Below, in pieces: positions 26,729-38,314 of a stretch of 44,317 nt of DNA. The notes below the pieces were generated by a model that had not been told where the DNA came from, did no database searches, and saw only the letters and a list, made by a program, of their open reading frames with translations. The DNA comes from a bacterium (lineage in GTDB: Bacteria > Patescibacteriota > Patescibacteriia > SG8-24). How positions within the stretch are numbered: position 1 is the first letter of the stretch; each line of letters begins with the position of its first letter. Where the stretch lies: contig JBDRRB010000072.1 of the NCBI GenBank assembly GCA_043825985.1, positions 1-44,317 of the forward strand, written 5' to 3'. The position numbers and the translations under genes were made by a program.

Positions 26729-27100
26729 TTAAACGACCTCCGGGGCCAGGGAGATTATCTTGTTGAATCCCTTGGCCCGCAGCTCGCGGGCGATCGGCCC
26801 GAAGATGCGGGTTCCCTTCGGTTCCTTGTTCTTGCGGTCGACGATCACGGCCGCGTTCTCGTCGAACCTGACATAGGAACCGTCCGGCCGGCGGGTCTCC
26901 TTCCTGGTGCGGACGAGGACCGCGTGCACGATCTGGCTCTTCTTCACTCCGCTGTGCGGCACGGCGACCTTGATGACCGCGGTCACGATGTCGCCCAGGC
27001 CGGCATAGCGCTTCTGGTAGCCGCCGAGGACACGAATCACCTGGAGCTTCTTGGCTCCGGAGTTATCGGCCACCGCCAGCATTGAACGATGCTGCACCAT
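26729..27100 (-). CDS. rplN: 50S ribosomal protein uL14
   Basis: [23 protein letters not shown] and SLAPEV. Confidence 0.97.
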   Translation of the reverse strand: MVQHRSMLAVADNSGAKKLQVIRVLGGYQKRYAGLGDIVTAVIKVAVPHSGVKKSQIVHAVLVRTRKETRRPDGSYVRFDENAAVIVDRKNKEPKGTRIFGPIARELRAKGFNKIISLAPEVV

Positions 27101-27104
27101 AAGC

Positions 27105-27371
27105 CTAAACGGTTACCTTACCGATGAACCGCCACCTCTTGTCGCGGGACAGCGGGCGGGTTTCCTCGAACCGGACCGTCTCGCCGACCTTGCACTCGCC
27201 CTTCTCGTCGTGGACCTTGAAGCGCCGGGATACGGTAAAACGCTTGCCGTACTTCGGGTGGACCTTGGTCCGCTCGACCAGCACGACAATCGTCTTGGGC
27301 ATCCGGTCGGACACGACCTTGCCCTGGAAAACCCTCTTCTTGGCTTTGTTGTTGTTCTCTTCCATATTCAT
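27105..27371 (-). CDS. rpsQ: 30S ribosomal protein uS17
   Basis: [20 protein letters not shown] and [11 protein letters not shown]. Alternative start at 27365. Confidence 0.96.
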   Translation of the reverse strand: MNMEENNNKAKKRVFQGKVVSDRMPKTIVVLVERTKVHPKYGKRFTVSRRFKVHDEKGECKVGETVRFEETRPLSRDKRWRFIGKVTV

Positions 27372-27391
27372 TTGGCTTTCCTGCCGACGCG

Positions 27392-27607
27392 CTAGCGCGC
27401 AGTCGCGTCGCTCTCGCCGGACAGTTCACGGCCGCGCCTGACGGTCAGGATGCGGGCGATGTCGCGACGGGTCGTCCGCATCTCGCGGACCCGAGTGAGG
27501 CTGCGTCCGGCGGCATTGAAGCGCAGGTCCTGCAGCCGGCTCTGCAGCTCGGCCAGCAGGCGGCCAAGCTCGACGTCGGACTTCTCCAGGATTTCTTTTA
27601 TCTTCAT
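27392..27607 (-). CDS. rpmC: 50S ribosomal protein uL29
   Basis: LRFNAAG...RRDIARILT; position between rplP and rpsQ. Confidence 0.93.
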   Translation of the reverse strand: MKIKEILEKSDVELGRLLAELQSRLQDLRFNAAGRSLTRVREMRTTRRDIARILTVRRGRELSGESDATAR

Positions 27608-27618
27608 AGTCCTGGCCG

Positions 27619-28029
27619 TTACTTGACGATGAACTTAGTACGCATGGGCAGCTTGTGCCCGGCGAGACGCATCGCCTCCCGCGCCGACTCCTCGGTGATT
27701 CCGTCCATCTCGAACATGACAGTTCCCGGCCGGACGACGGCGACGTAGTGGTCGACCGCGCCCTTTCCGCTTCCCATCGTATTCTCGTTACCGTGGAAGG
27801 TGATCGGCTTGTCGGGGAAGATCCGGATCCAGATCTTGCCTCCCCGCTTGATGTAGCGGGTCATGGCCCGACGGGCGGCCTCGATCTGCCTGGACGTGAC
27901 CCAAGCTCCGTCGAGGGCCTTCAGTCCGAAGTCCCCGAAGCTTACGTCAAGCTTGGTCGTGGCGTTGCGCTTGTTACGCCCGCGACCCTTGTGCATCTTT
28001 CTGAATTTGACCTTGGATGGCAGCAACAT
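27619..28029 (-). CDS. rplP: 50S ribosomal protein uL16
   Basis: [23 protein letters not shown] and MGSGKG. Confidence 0.97.
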   Translation of the reverse strand: MLLPSKVKFRKMHKGRGRNKRNATTKLDVSFGDFGLKALDGAWVTSRQIEAARRAMTRYIKRGGKIWIRIFPDKPITFHGNENTMGSGKGAVDHYVAVVRPGTVMFEMDGITEESAREAMRLAGHKLPMRTKFIVK

Positions 28030-28040
28030 ATGGTCTCAGT

Positions 28041-28754
28041 TCAGGCTCGGCCGGCCTTGGAAACGACCTCCCCGAGCTTCTCGCGGTCGGCGCCGGATCC
28101 GTCCCGGTTGAAGACTTCTCCCCGGTAGATCCAGACCTTGATTCCGATCTCGCCAAAAATGGTGTGGGCCGGACCCTGCGCGAAGTCGATGTCGGCTCTC
28201 AGGTTGTGCAGCGGGATGCTGCCCCAGGAAAGTTTCTCCTCGCGGGCGATCTCGGCGCCGTTCAGCCGGCCCTTGATCAGCAGCTTGACGCCCTTGGCGC
28301 CGGCCTTCTGCACGCGGTCGAGGTTCAGCTTGAGCACGCGGCGGAAACGCACGCGGCGCTCGATGTCCGAGATCATCGACTGCAGGACGATGTTGGCCGA
28401 AAGCGACGGCCTGGTGACCTCGATGATGTTGAGGTTCAGGTTGAGCTTCTGGTCCCCCTTGCCCTGGGCGATGATCTTGCGGAGTTCGGCCTTCAGCGAC
28501 TCGACTCCCGCTCCGCCGCGGCCGATGATAAGTCCCGGCTTGGCGGTGTGGACGGTGATGGTGACCGCGCGCGGAGTGCGCTCGATCTCGGTCCGGTCCA
28601 CCGAGGCGTCCTTGAGCTTCTTGGCGAGAAAGGTCCTGATGCGGACGTCCTCGCGAAGCAGGTCCGGCATGGTCCGGCGGTTGCCGAACCACTTCGAGCT
28701 CCAGGAGTAGATCACTCCGGTACGGAAAAGTTTCGGATGAATCTTCTGGCCCAT
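28041..28754 (-). CDS. rpsC: 30S ribosomal protein uS3
   Basis: MGQKIHP, KPGLIIGRGG, GRLNGAEIAR and PLHNLRADID. Start set at ATG 28754. Confidence 0.97.
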   Translation of the reverse strand: MGQKIHPKLFRTGVIYSWSSKWFGNRRTMPDLLREDVRIRTFLAKKLKDASVDRTEIERTPRAVTITVHTAKPGLIIGRGGAGVESLKAELRKIIAQGKGDQKLNLNLNIIEVTRPSLSANIVLQSMISDIERRVRFRRVLKLNLDRVQKAGAKGVKLLIKGRLNGAEIAREEKLSWGSIPLHNLRADIDFAQGPAHTIFGEIGIKVWIYRGEVFNRDGSGADREKLGEVVSKAGRA

Positions 28755-28755
28755 A

Positions 28756-29268
28756 TTACGCTTCGCTTTCGTCCTTCTTAGACTCGGATCCGGCCTGGAC
28801 TGACGACTCGGAAGACGGACGGCCGGAAGTGCCCTTGCGGACGGACGGCTTCTTGGCCGCCGCGGCCGCATCGTCCGACTGGACGGACTCGCCGACCACT
28901 GCCTTGGCTACGGCCGCCTGCGGCACCCCCTCGTCTGACCTCTCGCCCAGCACGACCGTAATGTGCGAGGAGCGCTTGCGGAGAGGGGTGGCACGACCGA
29001 AGGCGCGCGGCATCCAGCGATGCAGCACCGGTCCGCCGTCGACGGTGATGGTCTTGATGTAGAGACCGGCGCCGTCCAGCTTGAAGTTGTGCTCGGCATT
29101 GGCCTTGGCCGACATGACGACCTTAAACACCGGCTTGGCGGCGGCCTTCCGCATGAACTTCAGCTGGGACTCGGCCGAGGTCACGTCAAGTCCGCGGACC
29201 AAGTCCGCGACCAGCCGCACCTTTCTCGGCGAGATCCTTATGTATCTGGCTTTTGCTGTGACCTCCAT
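28756..29268 (-). CDS. rplV: 50S ribosomal protein uL22 with C-terminal extension
   Basis: ISPRKVRLVADLVRG, SAKANAEHN and PRAFGRA...SSHITV. Confidence 0.96.
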   Translation of the reverse strand: MEVTAKARYIRISPRKVRLVADLVRGLDVTSAESQLKFMRKAAAKPVFKVVMSAKANAEHNFKLDGAGLYIKTITVDGGPVLHRWMPRAFGRATPLRKRSSHITVVLGERSDEGVPQAAVAKAVVGESVQSDDAAAAAKKPSVRKGTSGRPSSESSVQAGSESKKDESEA

Positions 29269-29271
29269 ATG

Positions 29272-29598
29272 CTACTTCTTTGTCGCAGAGGCCGCCTTGT
29301 TGGCGGTTCGCTCGGCTTCCTGACGCTTCTGCTCGAGCTCCTTCTGCATCTTACCGCCATGCCGGACGAACTTCCGCGTCGACGCGAACTCGCCCAGCTT
29401 GTGGCCGACCATGTTCTCCACGATCTTGACCGGCACGTGCTCCTTGCCGTTATGGACGCCAATAGTGTGGCCGACCATGACCGGAGTGACGTGCGACCAG
29501 CGGGACCAGGTCTTTACGACCCGACCCGGCTCGATCTTCGAGAGCTTGGCAACAAGCTTCTCGTCTACGATAGGTCCTTTCTTGAGGCTACGTGGCAT
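29272..29598 (-). CDS. rpsS: 30S ribosomal protein uS19
   Basis: [20 protein letters not shown] and [10 protein letters not shown]. Confidence 0.97.
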   Translation of the reverse strand: MPRSLKKGPIVDEKLVAKLSKIEPGRVVKTWSRWSHVTPVMVGHTIGVHNGKEHVPVKIVENMVGHKLGEFASTRKFVRHGGKMQKELEQKRQEAERTANKAASATKK

Positions 29599-29610
29599 AG
29601 TTTTGACCGC

Positions 29611-30453
29611 TTACTTCTTCCGCCGCTTGCGGCGCTGGACGATGAGTCTGTCCGAGGCGAGCTTCGGCCGACGGGTCTTAACTCCCAGTGCCGGCTTGCC
29701 CCATGGCGTCTTCGGATGCTTGAGACCGATCGGATGACGTCCCTCACCTCCGCCGTGCGGGTGGTCGACCGGGTTCATCACCTTGCCGCGGACCGTCGGA
29801 CGAATGCCCAGGTGCCGCGAACGTCCGGCCTTGCCCCAGCGGATCAGCCGGTAGTCCGGATTGCTGACGCTGCCGATAGTGGCCATGGCCTCGCGCGGGA
29901 AGAGACGGATCTCTCCGGACGGCATCTTCAGCTGGGCGTACTTGCCCTCAAGCGCCATGTACTGGGCGGACAGCCCGGCACCGCGGACGACCTTGGCGCC
30001 CATGCCCGGAACCAACTCGATGCTGTGCACGGTGACGCCCACCGGAATGTGCTCGAGCGGCATGCGGTTGCCCGGCTTGATCTCGACGCGAGTAGCGGAG
30101 GAGACGATGGTGTCCCCGACCTGCACTCCCTGCGTGGCAATGACGTAGCGCTTCTCGCCGTCGCGGTAGTGGAGCAGCGACAGACGCGCCCCGCGGCTCG
30201 GGTCGTACTCGATCGTCGCCACCTTGGCCGGCACGTCGAGCTTGTCCTGCTTGAAGTCGACGACACGGATGTAGCGCTTGGCGCCGCCGCCCTGATGGCG
30301 GACGGTGATCTTGCCCTGGGCGTTGCGGCCGCCGAACCTCTTGCGTATGACCCTCAGCCTCTTTTCCGGCTCGGTCTTGGTGATGTCGGAAAAGGCGTCC
30401 ACGCTGGAGAGACGGCGCCCGTTGGTTGTCGGTTTGTACTTCTTGATCGGCAT
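29611..30453 (-). CDS. rplB: 50S ribosomal protein uL2
   Basis: [14 protein letters not shown] and [21 protein letters not shown]. Confidence 0.98.
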   Translation of the reverse strand: MPIKKYKPTTNGRRLSSVDAFSDITKTEPEKRLRVIRKRFGGRNAQGKITVRHQGGGAKRYIRVVDFKQDKLDVPAKVATIEYDPSRGARLSLLHYRDGEKRYVIATQGVQVGDTIVSSATRVEIKPGNRMPLEHIPVGVTVHSIELVPGMGAKVVRGAGLSAQYMALEGKYAQLKMPSGEIRLFPREAMATIGSVSNPDYRLIRWGKAGRSRHLGIRPTVRGKVMNPVDHPHGGGEGRHPIGLKHPKTPWGKPALGVKTRRPKLASDRLIVQRRKRRKK

Positions 30454-30457
30454 ATAT

Positions 30458-30910
30458 TTATGCGCTTTCCGCCAGGCTGATCGAATCGCCGGACTTCAGG
30501 GTAACGATGGCCTTCTTGCGGTCCTTGCGCCGGCCCTGGAAGCGGCCGTGGCGCACCAGCTTGCCCTTGACGCTGATCATCCGTACGGCCACCGGATCGA
30601 CTCCGTAGACCGCCTTGATAGCCTGGGCGACTTCGACCTTGTTGGCGTTTTCAGCGACGAAGAAGGCGTACTTTCCGCCCATCTTCAGCAGCTCGCTCTT
30701 CTCGGTCAGAACCGGACCGCGAATGATGCGGTAGGCGAAAGAGTGCTCGGGACGGACATCCTTCTGGCTGGCCGCCGGCTTCTTCTCGGCCGACTTGCGG
30801 CTGACCTTATTCTCGACGGCCTTCTCCTCGACCGGCTCGACGATGGCCTCGTCCGCGGACTTCACGTCCTCTTCGGCCTTCTTCTTTGAGATTTTCTGCA
30901 GTATGCCCAT
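30458..30910 (-). CDS. rplW: 50S ribosomal protein uL23 with N-terminal extension
   Basis: [17 protein letters not shown] and [10 protein letters not shown]. Start set at ATG 30910. Confidence 0.93.
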   Translation of the reverse strand: MGILQKISKKKAEEDVKSADEAIVEPVEEKAVENKVSRKSAEKKPAASQKDVRPEHSFAYRIIRGPVLTEKSELLKMGGKYAFFVAENANKVEVAQAIKAVYGVDPVAVRMISVKGKLVRHGRFQGRRKDRKKAIVTLKSGDSISLAESA

Positions 30911-30921
30911 ATCAGTCAGCA

Positions 30922-31566
30922 TTAGGCCTTAGCCGCGGCATATTTCTGCTCGATCCTTTCGGCCGCCGCCGGCGTCATGAGCAGGTACTCGCTGCCCAGG
31001 ACGTCCAGGAAACCTAGATCGCCGACGTTGCGCAGGGTAACGCCCGGGATGTTTCCGGTGCTGCGGCGCAGCATCGCGTCGGACCGGTCGGAAACCGCCA
31101 GCAGCCGGTTCTTGGTCTCGAGGGGTAGCTTGTCGATCAGGGCGGCAAACTCCTTGGTCTTGCCTTCGCTCACCCCAAACGACTCGACCAGCAGCAAACG
31201 GTCGCGACTAGCCAGGTCGGACAGGGTCATCATGACGGCCCGCCTCTGTGCCTTGCGGTTCACCTTGACCGAGTAGTCGCGCTCGCTGCGCGGTCCGAAA
31301 GTGATGCCTCCACCGACCCAGATCGGCGAACGGGACGAACCGTGCCGAGCGCGGCCGGTTCCCTTCTGCTTCCACGGCTTCTTGCCGCCGCCGGACACGT
31401 CGCCACGAGTCTTGGTGTGGGCATAGGGCCGACGAGAGTTGGCCATGGCGCTCACCATTACCTCGTGCACGAACTCCGGCTTCACGTCGACGCCGAAAAC
31501 GTCGTCACGGAGATCCTTCTCCCCGACCGACTGGCCTGCAGCGTTGTAGATCTTGACCTTCGGCAT
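30922..31566 (-). CDS. rplD: 50S ribosomal protein uL4
   Basis: TKTRGDVSGGGKKPWKQKGTGRARHGSSRSP and GGGITFGP. Start set at ATG 31566. Confidence 0.97.
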   Translation of the reverse strand: MPKVKIYNAAGQSVGEKDLRDDVFGVDVKPEFVHEVMVSAMANSRRPYAHTKTRGDVSGGGKKPWKQKGTGRARHGSSRSPIWVGGGITFGPRSERDYSVKVNRKAQRRAVMMTLSDLASRDRLLLVESFGVSEGKTKEFAALIDKLPLETKNRLLAVSDRSDAMLRRSTGNIPGVTLRNVGDLGFLDVLGSEYLLMTPAAAERIEQKYAAAKA

Positions 31567-31573
31567 ATGCTTA

Positions 31574-32212
31574 TCAGTTCCACGATTGACGCTTATCGAA
31601 ACCACCGGAGACCAGCACCGACGCACCGCGGGCACCGGGAACCGCGCCCTTCACGGCCATGATGCCGTTCTTGACGTCCACCTCGATGATCTCCAGATTC
31701 TTCACGGTCACCTGATCGCCGCCCATCCGGCCGGCCATGCGCATTCCTTTGAAGACGCGCTGGATACCGCCCGATCCGATCGAGCCAGGCATGCGGAGGT
31801 TGTCCTTATGGCCATGGGAGGCCGGACCGCCGCGGAAGCCGTGACGCTTGACCACGCCCTGGAAGCCGCGACCCTTGGAGGTGGCGGTGACTTGGACGAA
31901 CTCGCCCGGATTGAACTGCGAGACCTCGACCGAGTCGCCGACCTTGAGGTCGGAAGGACCGTCGGTGCGGAACTCGTCGAGCTCACGGGAAACGTGACCG
32001 CTGGCCTTCATGTGACCGCGCTGCGGCTTGGCCACGACCTTTTCCCTGGCCGTGCCGGCTCCGAGCTGGACTGCGTCGTAGCCGTCACGATCCGCATTCC
32101 GGATCTGGGTCACGACGCAGGGACCGGCCTGAAGCAGGGTAACCGGAACGACGGTACCGTCTTCACGGAACCGCTGCGTCATGTCCAATTTCTTAGCGAT
32201 GATGAACTTCAT
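31574..32212 (-). CDS. rplC: 50S ribosomal protein uL3
   Basis: DGYDAVQLG, SKGRGFQGVVKRH, MAGRMG and VKGAVPG. Confidence 0.97.
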   Translation of the reverse strand: MKFIIAKKLDMTQRFREDGTVVPVTLLQAGPCVVTQIRNADRDGYDAVQLGAGTAREKVVAKPQRGHMKASGHVSRELDEFRTDGPSDLKVGDSVEVSQFNPGEFVQVTATSKGRGFQGVVKRHGFRGGPASHGHKDNLRMPGSIGSGGIQRVFKGMRMAGRMGGDQVTVKNLEIIEVDVKNGIMAVKGAVPGARGASVLVSGGFDKRQSWN

Positions 32213-32711
32213 ATTCTGCCGTCATGTTCTTGGCTGTCCGGGCCGCTTAGTTCTCGGCCGACACCAGAGGAACACTTATCGGGTAGCGGAATCGGAGCCG
32301 GGATGACCGACTGCCGCCCGTCGATCCGCCGAAACCCGTTATAAACGAAAAGCCGGAACCCTCTTTAAAGAAAGGCTTCCAGCCACAGTCCGTCGGGAAT
32401 CGTATGCCGGACGGCCCGAAAGTTCACCCTAAGTGAACTACCCGGCCGTCCGGTTCAGGACCTGACGCGTTGCGCGCCGCCCTGCCGATTCAGCGAAACC
32501 TTGGCTTGTTTTCCCTCGGGGACACTGTCTGGTTCCCGACTAATGAATTGATCGAAGGCTTTGTTCTCCTGTGGTCCGCCGGGAGATGGCGGAGGTTTTC
32601 CGGGGTCGCCCCGCGGATCTTTCTCCGTCTCTCCCGACAGACTCAATTGGCTGTTTTCGTATGCGGCAGCGGCATGTTGCCGCCAGGACTTTCAGAATGA
32701 GATGAGCCATG

Positions 32712-32782
32712 CCTGTCTGGAAGCGATTTTTTCAGCGAGGCGCACTTTCTGGTGCGTCGAGCGAAAAATTGCTGAAGACAGG
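32712..32782 (+). repeat. Dispersed long-hairpin element, short copy G
   Basis: cctgtc/gacagg outer stem, gcgattttttc/gaaaaattgc, and core GAGG-cgcac-tttctg-gtgcg-tcGAGC matching the apical motif of copies A and B with a compensatory change. Confidence 0.6.
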
Positions 32783-32811
32783 TGTGGATCGCTCATTATG
32801 GAAGTCCGTCT

Positions 32812-33159
32812 CTACATCTTGATCTCTACGTCGACACCGGCAGGAAGATTCAGGTTCTGCAGTGCCTCGACGGTCTTGGGTGTTGGGTCGTACAGGTCGA
32901 GCAGTCGCTTATGGACGCGCATCTCGTACTGGTCGCGGGAAGTCTTATGGACGAACGTCGACCGGTTGACCGTGTACTTGCGCTTCTCAGTCGGCAACGG
33001 AACCGGACCCCGGACCACCGCCCCAGTCCGCTCCGCCGTCTCGATGATCGTGCGGGTGGTCTGGTCGATGATCTTGTTGTCGTAGGCCCGAATCTTGATC
33101 CGAATGCGCTGCCTCGCCTCCTCATCGGCCTTCTTCGTTGTCTTCTTCTCAGCGTCCAT
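32812..33159 (-). CDS. rpsJ: 30S ribosomal protein uS10
   Basis: [31 protein letters not shown] and [10 protein letters not shown]. Start set at ATG 33159. Confidence 0.97.
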   Translation of the reverse strand: MDAEKKTTKKADEEARQRIRIKIRAYDNKIIDQTTRTIIETAERTGAVVRGPVPLPTEKRKYTVNRSTFVHKTSRDQYEMRVHKRLLDLYDPTPKTVEALQNLNLPAGVDVEIKM

Positions 33160-33208
33160 CGCCGTAGAGATTAGTGGTAAAGACCGCGTTTGCGTCAATG
33201 GTCTACCG

Positions 33209-34396
33209 TTACTTCAGAATCTTGATGACCGTACCGGCTCCGACGGTCCGACCGCCCTCGCGGATGGCGAACCGCATCTTCTCCTCGAGAGCCACGGCCG
33301 AAATCAGCTTCACGGTGCAGTTGACGGTGTCGCCAGGCATGACCATCTCGGTACCCTCCGGCAGCACGACCTCACCGGTCACGTCAGTGGTCCGGATGTA
33401 GAACTGCGGCTTGTACCCCTTGAAGAACGGCTTGTGCCGACCGCCCTCTTCCTTGGTCAGGGCGTAGACCTGGGCCTCGAACTCGGTGTGCGGCTGGACC
33501 GAACCGGTCTTGGCCAGGACCATTCCGCGCTCCACCTCGTTCTTCTTGGTGCCGCGGAGCAGAATTCCGGCGTTGTCTCCGGCGCGACCCTCGTCGAGCT
33601 GCTTGTTGAACATCTCGATACCGGTCACAGTCGTCTTCCGGGTGTCGCCCAGTCCGACGATCTCGACCTCGTCGCCAACCTTGATCACGCCGCGCTCGAT
33701 GCGGCCGGTGACCACGGTACCGCGTCCCTCAATGCTGAACACGTCCTCGATCGGCATCAGGAACGGCTTGTCGACGTCGCGGGTCGGCTCCGGAATGTAG
33801 GCGTCAAGCTTGTCGAGCAGCTCCAGAATCGGCTTGGCGTCGTCGCCGCTCGGATTCTCGAGTGCCTTGAGGGCGGAACCGCGAACGATCGGGGTCTCGT
33901 CTCCCGGGAACTCGTACTTCTTGAGCAGGTCGCGGATCTCCTCCTCGACCAGATCGATCAGCTCCGGATCCTCAACCTGGTCAACCTTGTTCAGGAAGAC
34001 GACGATGTGAGGGACTCCGACCTGATGGGCCAGCAGGATGTGCTCGCGCGTCTGGGGCATCGGGCCGTCGGCGGCGGACACGACCAGGATGGCTCCGTCC
34101 ATCTGGGCGGCGCCGGTGATCATGTTCTTGATGTAGTCGGCATGACCAGGGCAGTCGACATGCGCGTAGTGACGCTTGGCCGTCTCGTACTCGCAATGGG
34201 CGGTAGCGATGGTGATACCGCGGGCCTTGGACTCCGGAGCCTTGTCGAGGTCGTCGACGCTCTTGTCCTGGGCGACTCCGCCGGTGGTCTTCAATACCTG
34301 CAGGATAGCGGCCGTGAGGGTGGTCTTACCGTGGTCGACGTGACCGATCGTACCCACATTCACGTGCGGCTTGCTGCGATCGAATTTCTCCGCCAT
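33209..34396 (-). CDS. tuf: Elongation factor Tu
   Basis: [28 protein letters not shown] and MVMPGD. Confidence 0.99.
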   Translation of the reverse strand: MAEKFDRSKPHVNVGTIGHVDHGKTTLTAAILQVLKTTGGVAQDKSVDDLDKAPESKARGITIATAHCEYETAKRHYAHVDCPGHADYIKNMITGAAQMDGAILVVSAADGPMPQTREHILLAHQVGVPHIVVFLNKVDQVEDPELIDLVEEEIRDLLKKYEFPGDETPIVRGSALKALENPSGDDAKPILELLDKLDAYIPEPTRDVDKPFLMPIEDVFSIEGRGTVVTGRIERGVIKVGDEVEIVGLGDTRKTTVTGIEMFNKQLDEGRAGDNAGILLRGTKKNEVERGMVLAKTGSVQPHTEFEAQVYALTKEEGGRHKPFFKGYKPQFYIRTTDVTGEVVLPEGTEMVMPGDTVNCTVKLISAVALEEKMRFAIREGGRTVGAGTVIKILK

Positions 34397-34533
34397 ATGG
34401 CTTCCTTACGTAATTACTCCTGCGGTCGGGACCTCATGTGGCCCTACGGCAGGCTTGGTATTTATAAGATGGTAGACTGACTCCCCTGTCCGAACCGGAA
34501 TTTGGTTCAATACCAATTCGGAAAGCAGAGCGC

Positions 34534-34563
34534 AGTATACACTAAAACGAAAAAATTTGGCAA
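34534..34563 (-). promoter_or_regulatory. Promoter of tuf
   Basis: Minus strand TTGCCA (34563-34558), 18-nt AT-rich spacer, TATACT (34539-34534). Confidence 0.65.
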
Positions 34564-34705
34564 GGGATCGACTGGCGCGCGGCGAAACGGCCTCATGCCG
34601 TCCGTCCCTGCCCCAGCAGCCCCGCCAGATTCTCGTTCCGGTTGCCGATCTGCCACGAAACGAGCCTGTCGGACCTGTTGAGGCTTTTTTCGCTCAACCA
34701 AAGCC

Positions 34706-35266
34706 CTATTCTATCGGTTCCAGGTAAAACCTGGCCTCATCCTCGGGACCGTCCGGCCATTGGGCCGGCTGATCCTGAGGCTGAGAAACGGGCGACTGAA
34801 CAGGCGGCTTGTTCTCCGGCCTGGAACCCCCCAAGCCTTCGACCGCTTGATCCGGGCGGCCGACGGCCATGCCCTCTGTCTCCCGATTACCGATTTCGCG
34901 TTTTATGTTAGCCCCGGTTTCGACCGCTGTCAAGCGTTCTGCCCCGGTTTCATTGGCTTCCTGATGGGCCGGACGGCTGGCCGACGGAGAATCGATCCGA
35001 CGTCCATCGGCCAGGCTTGGCTGGAGGGTCGAATTGGCCTCCTGAACAGCGATCCTAGGCGCCGACCCGCCATCGACCGGACTTCCGGCGACGACCTCCG
35101 GCATGGACTGCCTCGCGGACCGACCGCCGGCCTGGGCCAGCAGGCCTTCGTATTCGGACAGGTCCATGACCACGACCGCGCTTTCGCCGGCCGGGTCAGC
35201 CAGAACCAGACGGTCGCCGGTCTTCTTTACGAGTTCGATCAGCCTGACGATGAGTTGAGTATCCAT
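34706..35266 (-). CDS. Hypothetical protein: compact N-domain, low-complexity linker, C-terminal FYLEPIE
   Basis: 186-aa ORF with its own candidate promoter; N-terminal VVVMDLSEYEGL resembles the Phd/YefM core (inference). Confidence 0.75.
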   Translation of the reverse strand: MDTQLIVRLIELVKKTGDRLVLADPAGESAVVVMDLSEYEGLLAQAGGRSARQSMPEVVAGSPVDGGSAPRIAVQEANSTLQPSLADGRRIDSPSASRPAHQEANETGAERLTAVETGANIKREIGNRETEGMAVGRPDQAVEGLGGSRPENKPPVQSPVSQPQDQPAQWPDGPEDEARFYLEPIE

Positions 35267-35299
35267 AGGACTGAGTTTGGCTAACTTCTGACCGGAGGA

Positions 35300-35327
35300 A
35301 TCTTAGTTTATCGGCCCCGGAAGTCAA
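35300..35327 (-). promoter_or_regulatory. Candidate promoter of the 34706-35266 gene
   Basis: Minus strand TTGACT, 16-nt spacer, TAAGAT. Confidence 0.5.
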
Positions 35328-35330
35328 GTT

Positions 35331-35356
35331 AAAAAAGAAGGCATCGGTTGATGCCT
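35331..35356 (-). terminator. Terminator after the small membrane ORF
   Basis: Minus strand aggcatc-aacc-gatgcct followed by tctttttt. Confidence 0.65.
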
Positions 35357-35384
35357 CGGTGAGAGTGACTGGCAGGAAGGTCGG

Positions 35385-35591
35385 CTAAATTTTTTCGTCC
35401 TTCGGCTCTGAGTCCTCTACTTCTGGTTCCTCACTGACCAGCAGACCCAGTTCTTTAGCATGAGAACGGCTGAAGTTCATCTTCCTACCCCGTCCAACCC
35501 ATAATTGATAAGGAATGTAAACGGAGGCGAACATCATGAGCGGAACAAGCATGACCAGATTCCAGACCACCCGCAACGGCCAAAAAAGCAT
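35385..35591 (-). CDS. Small hypothetical membrane protein (68 aa)
   Basis: Hydrophobic N-terminal half, acidic tail, tATG start and a downstream terminator. Confidence 0.55.
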   Translation of the reverse strand: MLFWPLRVVWNLVMLVPLMMFASVYIPYQLWVGRGRKMNFSRSHAKELGLLVSEEPEVEDSEPKDEKI

Positions 35592-35612
35592 ATGGGCCAG
35601 AAGCAGGATTTG

Positions 35613-35734
35613 GCGGATTCTGGACGGGATGCAGTGCGTCCGACTGGACTGAGCGACGACGTGAGGCGTACTGAAAGGTACGGCGAACTAGGAGCGAGGG
35701 AAGTCGGATGTAATGCACCCGGCTCAGGATTCGC
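35613..35734 (+). repeat. Dispersed long-hairpin element, copy B
   Basis: gcggattctgg/tcaggattcgc outer stem, ccgact-GGA...GGA-agtcgg, and apical gagg-cgtac-tgaaag-gtacg. Confidence 0.85.
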
Positions 35735-35743
35735 ATGAAAACC

Positions 35744-35780
35744 AAAAGCCGCCGGGCACGCTATATGCCCGACGGCTTTT
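35744..35780. terminator. Bidirectional terminator downstream of fusA
   Basis: aaaagccg-ccgggca...tgcccg-acggctttt with U tracts on both strands. Confidence 0.7.
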
Positions 35781-35809
35781 TCGTTTCTACCAATCACCTG
35801 AGCAAATCC

Positions 35810-35839
35810 CCCAACAGCTTTCGTGACGAGATGAAGCGT
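35810..35839 (+). repeat. Truncated left arm of the hairpin element (30-bp near-duplicate of 35878-35907)
   Basis: cccaacagc(t/c)ttcgtgacgagatgaagcgt; 29 of 30 bases identical. Confidence 0.85.
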
Positions 35840-35880
35840 GTCTGGACGAAGTGAGTTTCGCTGCGGGACGAAGATCTCCC

Positions 35881-36005
35881 AACAGCCTTCGTGACGAGAT
35901 GAAGCGTACCTTGCTGGACTGAACTGCGACGCGAAGTCCGGTCACACGACCGGACCGAGCTAGCAGTGAGGGAAGCGAGGTGCGATTCGCTCGTCACGAG
36001 AGCTG

Positions 36006-36007
<2 letters not shown>
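35881..36007 (+). repeat. Dispersed long-hairpin element, copy C (overlaps the fusA stop codon)
   Basis: aacagc/gctgtt, tcgtgacgag/ctcgtcacga, ccttgct-GGA...GGA-agcgagg, and apical gtccggtc-acac-gaccggac. Confidence 0.88.
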
Positions 36008-38084
<2,077 letters not shown>

Positions 38085-38190
38085 AGTTTGAATGATTGAT
38101 GGTCGACATTCCTTTTTCCCTCAGACAACTACAGATGCGGTCCGGAAATTTCTGGTCACTGTTGAAAAACAAGGATGTCCGTGGGTGACA

Positions 38191-38312
38191 GCGGGTTCTG
38201 AACGGAGTGCGGTGTGCCGACCTGGAGCTCGACGTGACGCGAAACGTACTGAAAGCGTACGTTGAGCTAGCGTCGAGCGAAGGCCGGTGCACCGTGCCCG
38301 TTCAGGTTCCGC
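38191..38312 (+). repeat. Dispersed long-hairpin element, copy A (rpsG-fusA spacer)
   Basis: gcgggttctgaacgg/ccgttcaggttccgc outer stem, cct-GGA-gctcgac/gtcgagc-GA-agg, and apical aacgtac-tgaaagc-gtacgtt. Confidence 0.85.
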
Positions 38313-38314
38313 AA

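Noticed and set aside
32455-32700. Short ORFs of 63 and 76 aa in the rpsJ-rplC spacer
   Set aside because: They have weak starts and no motifs, and they overlap strong hairpins.
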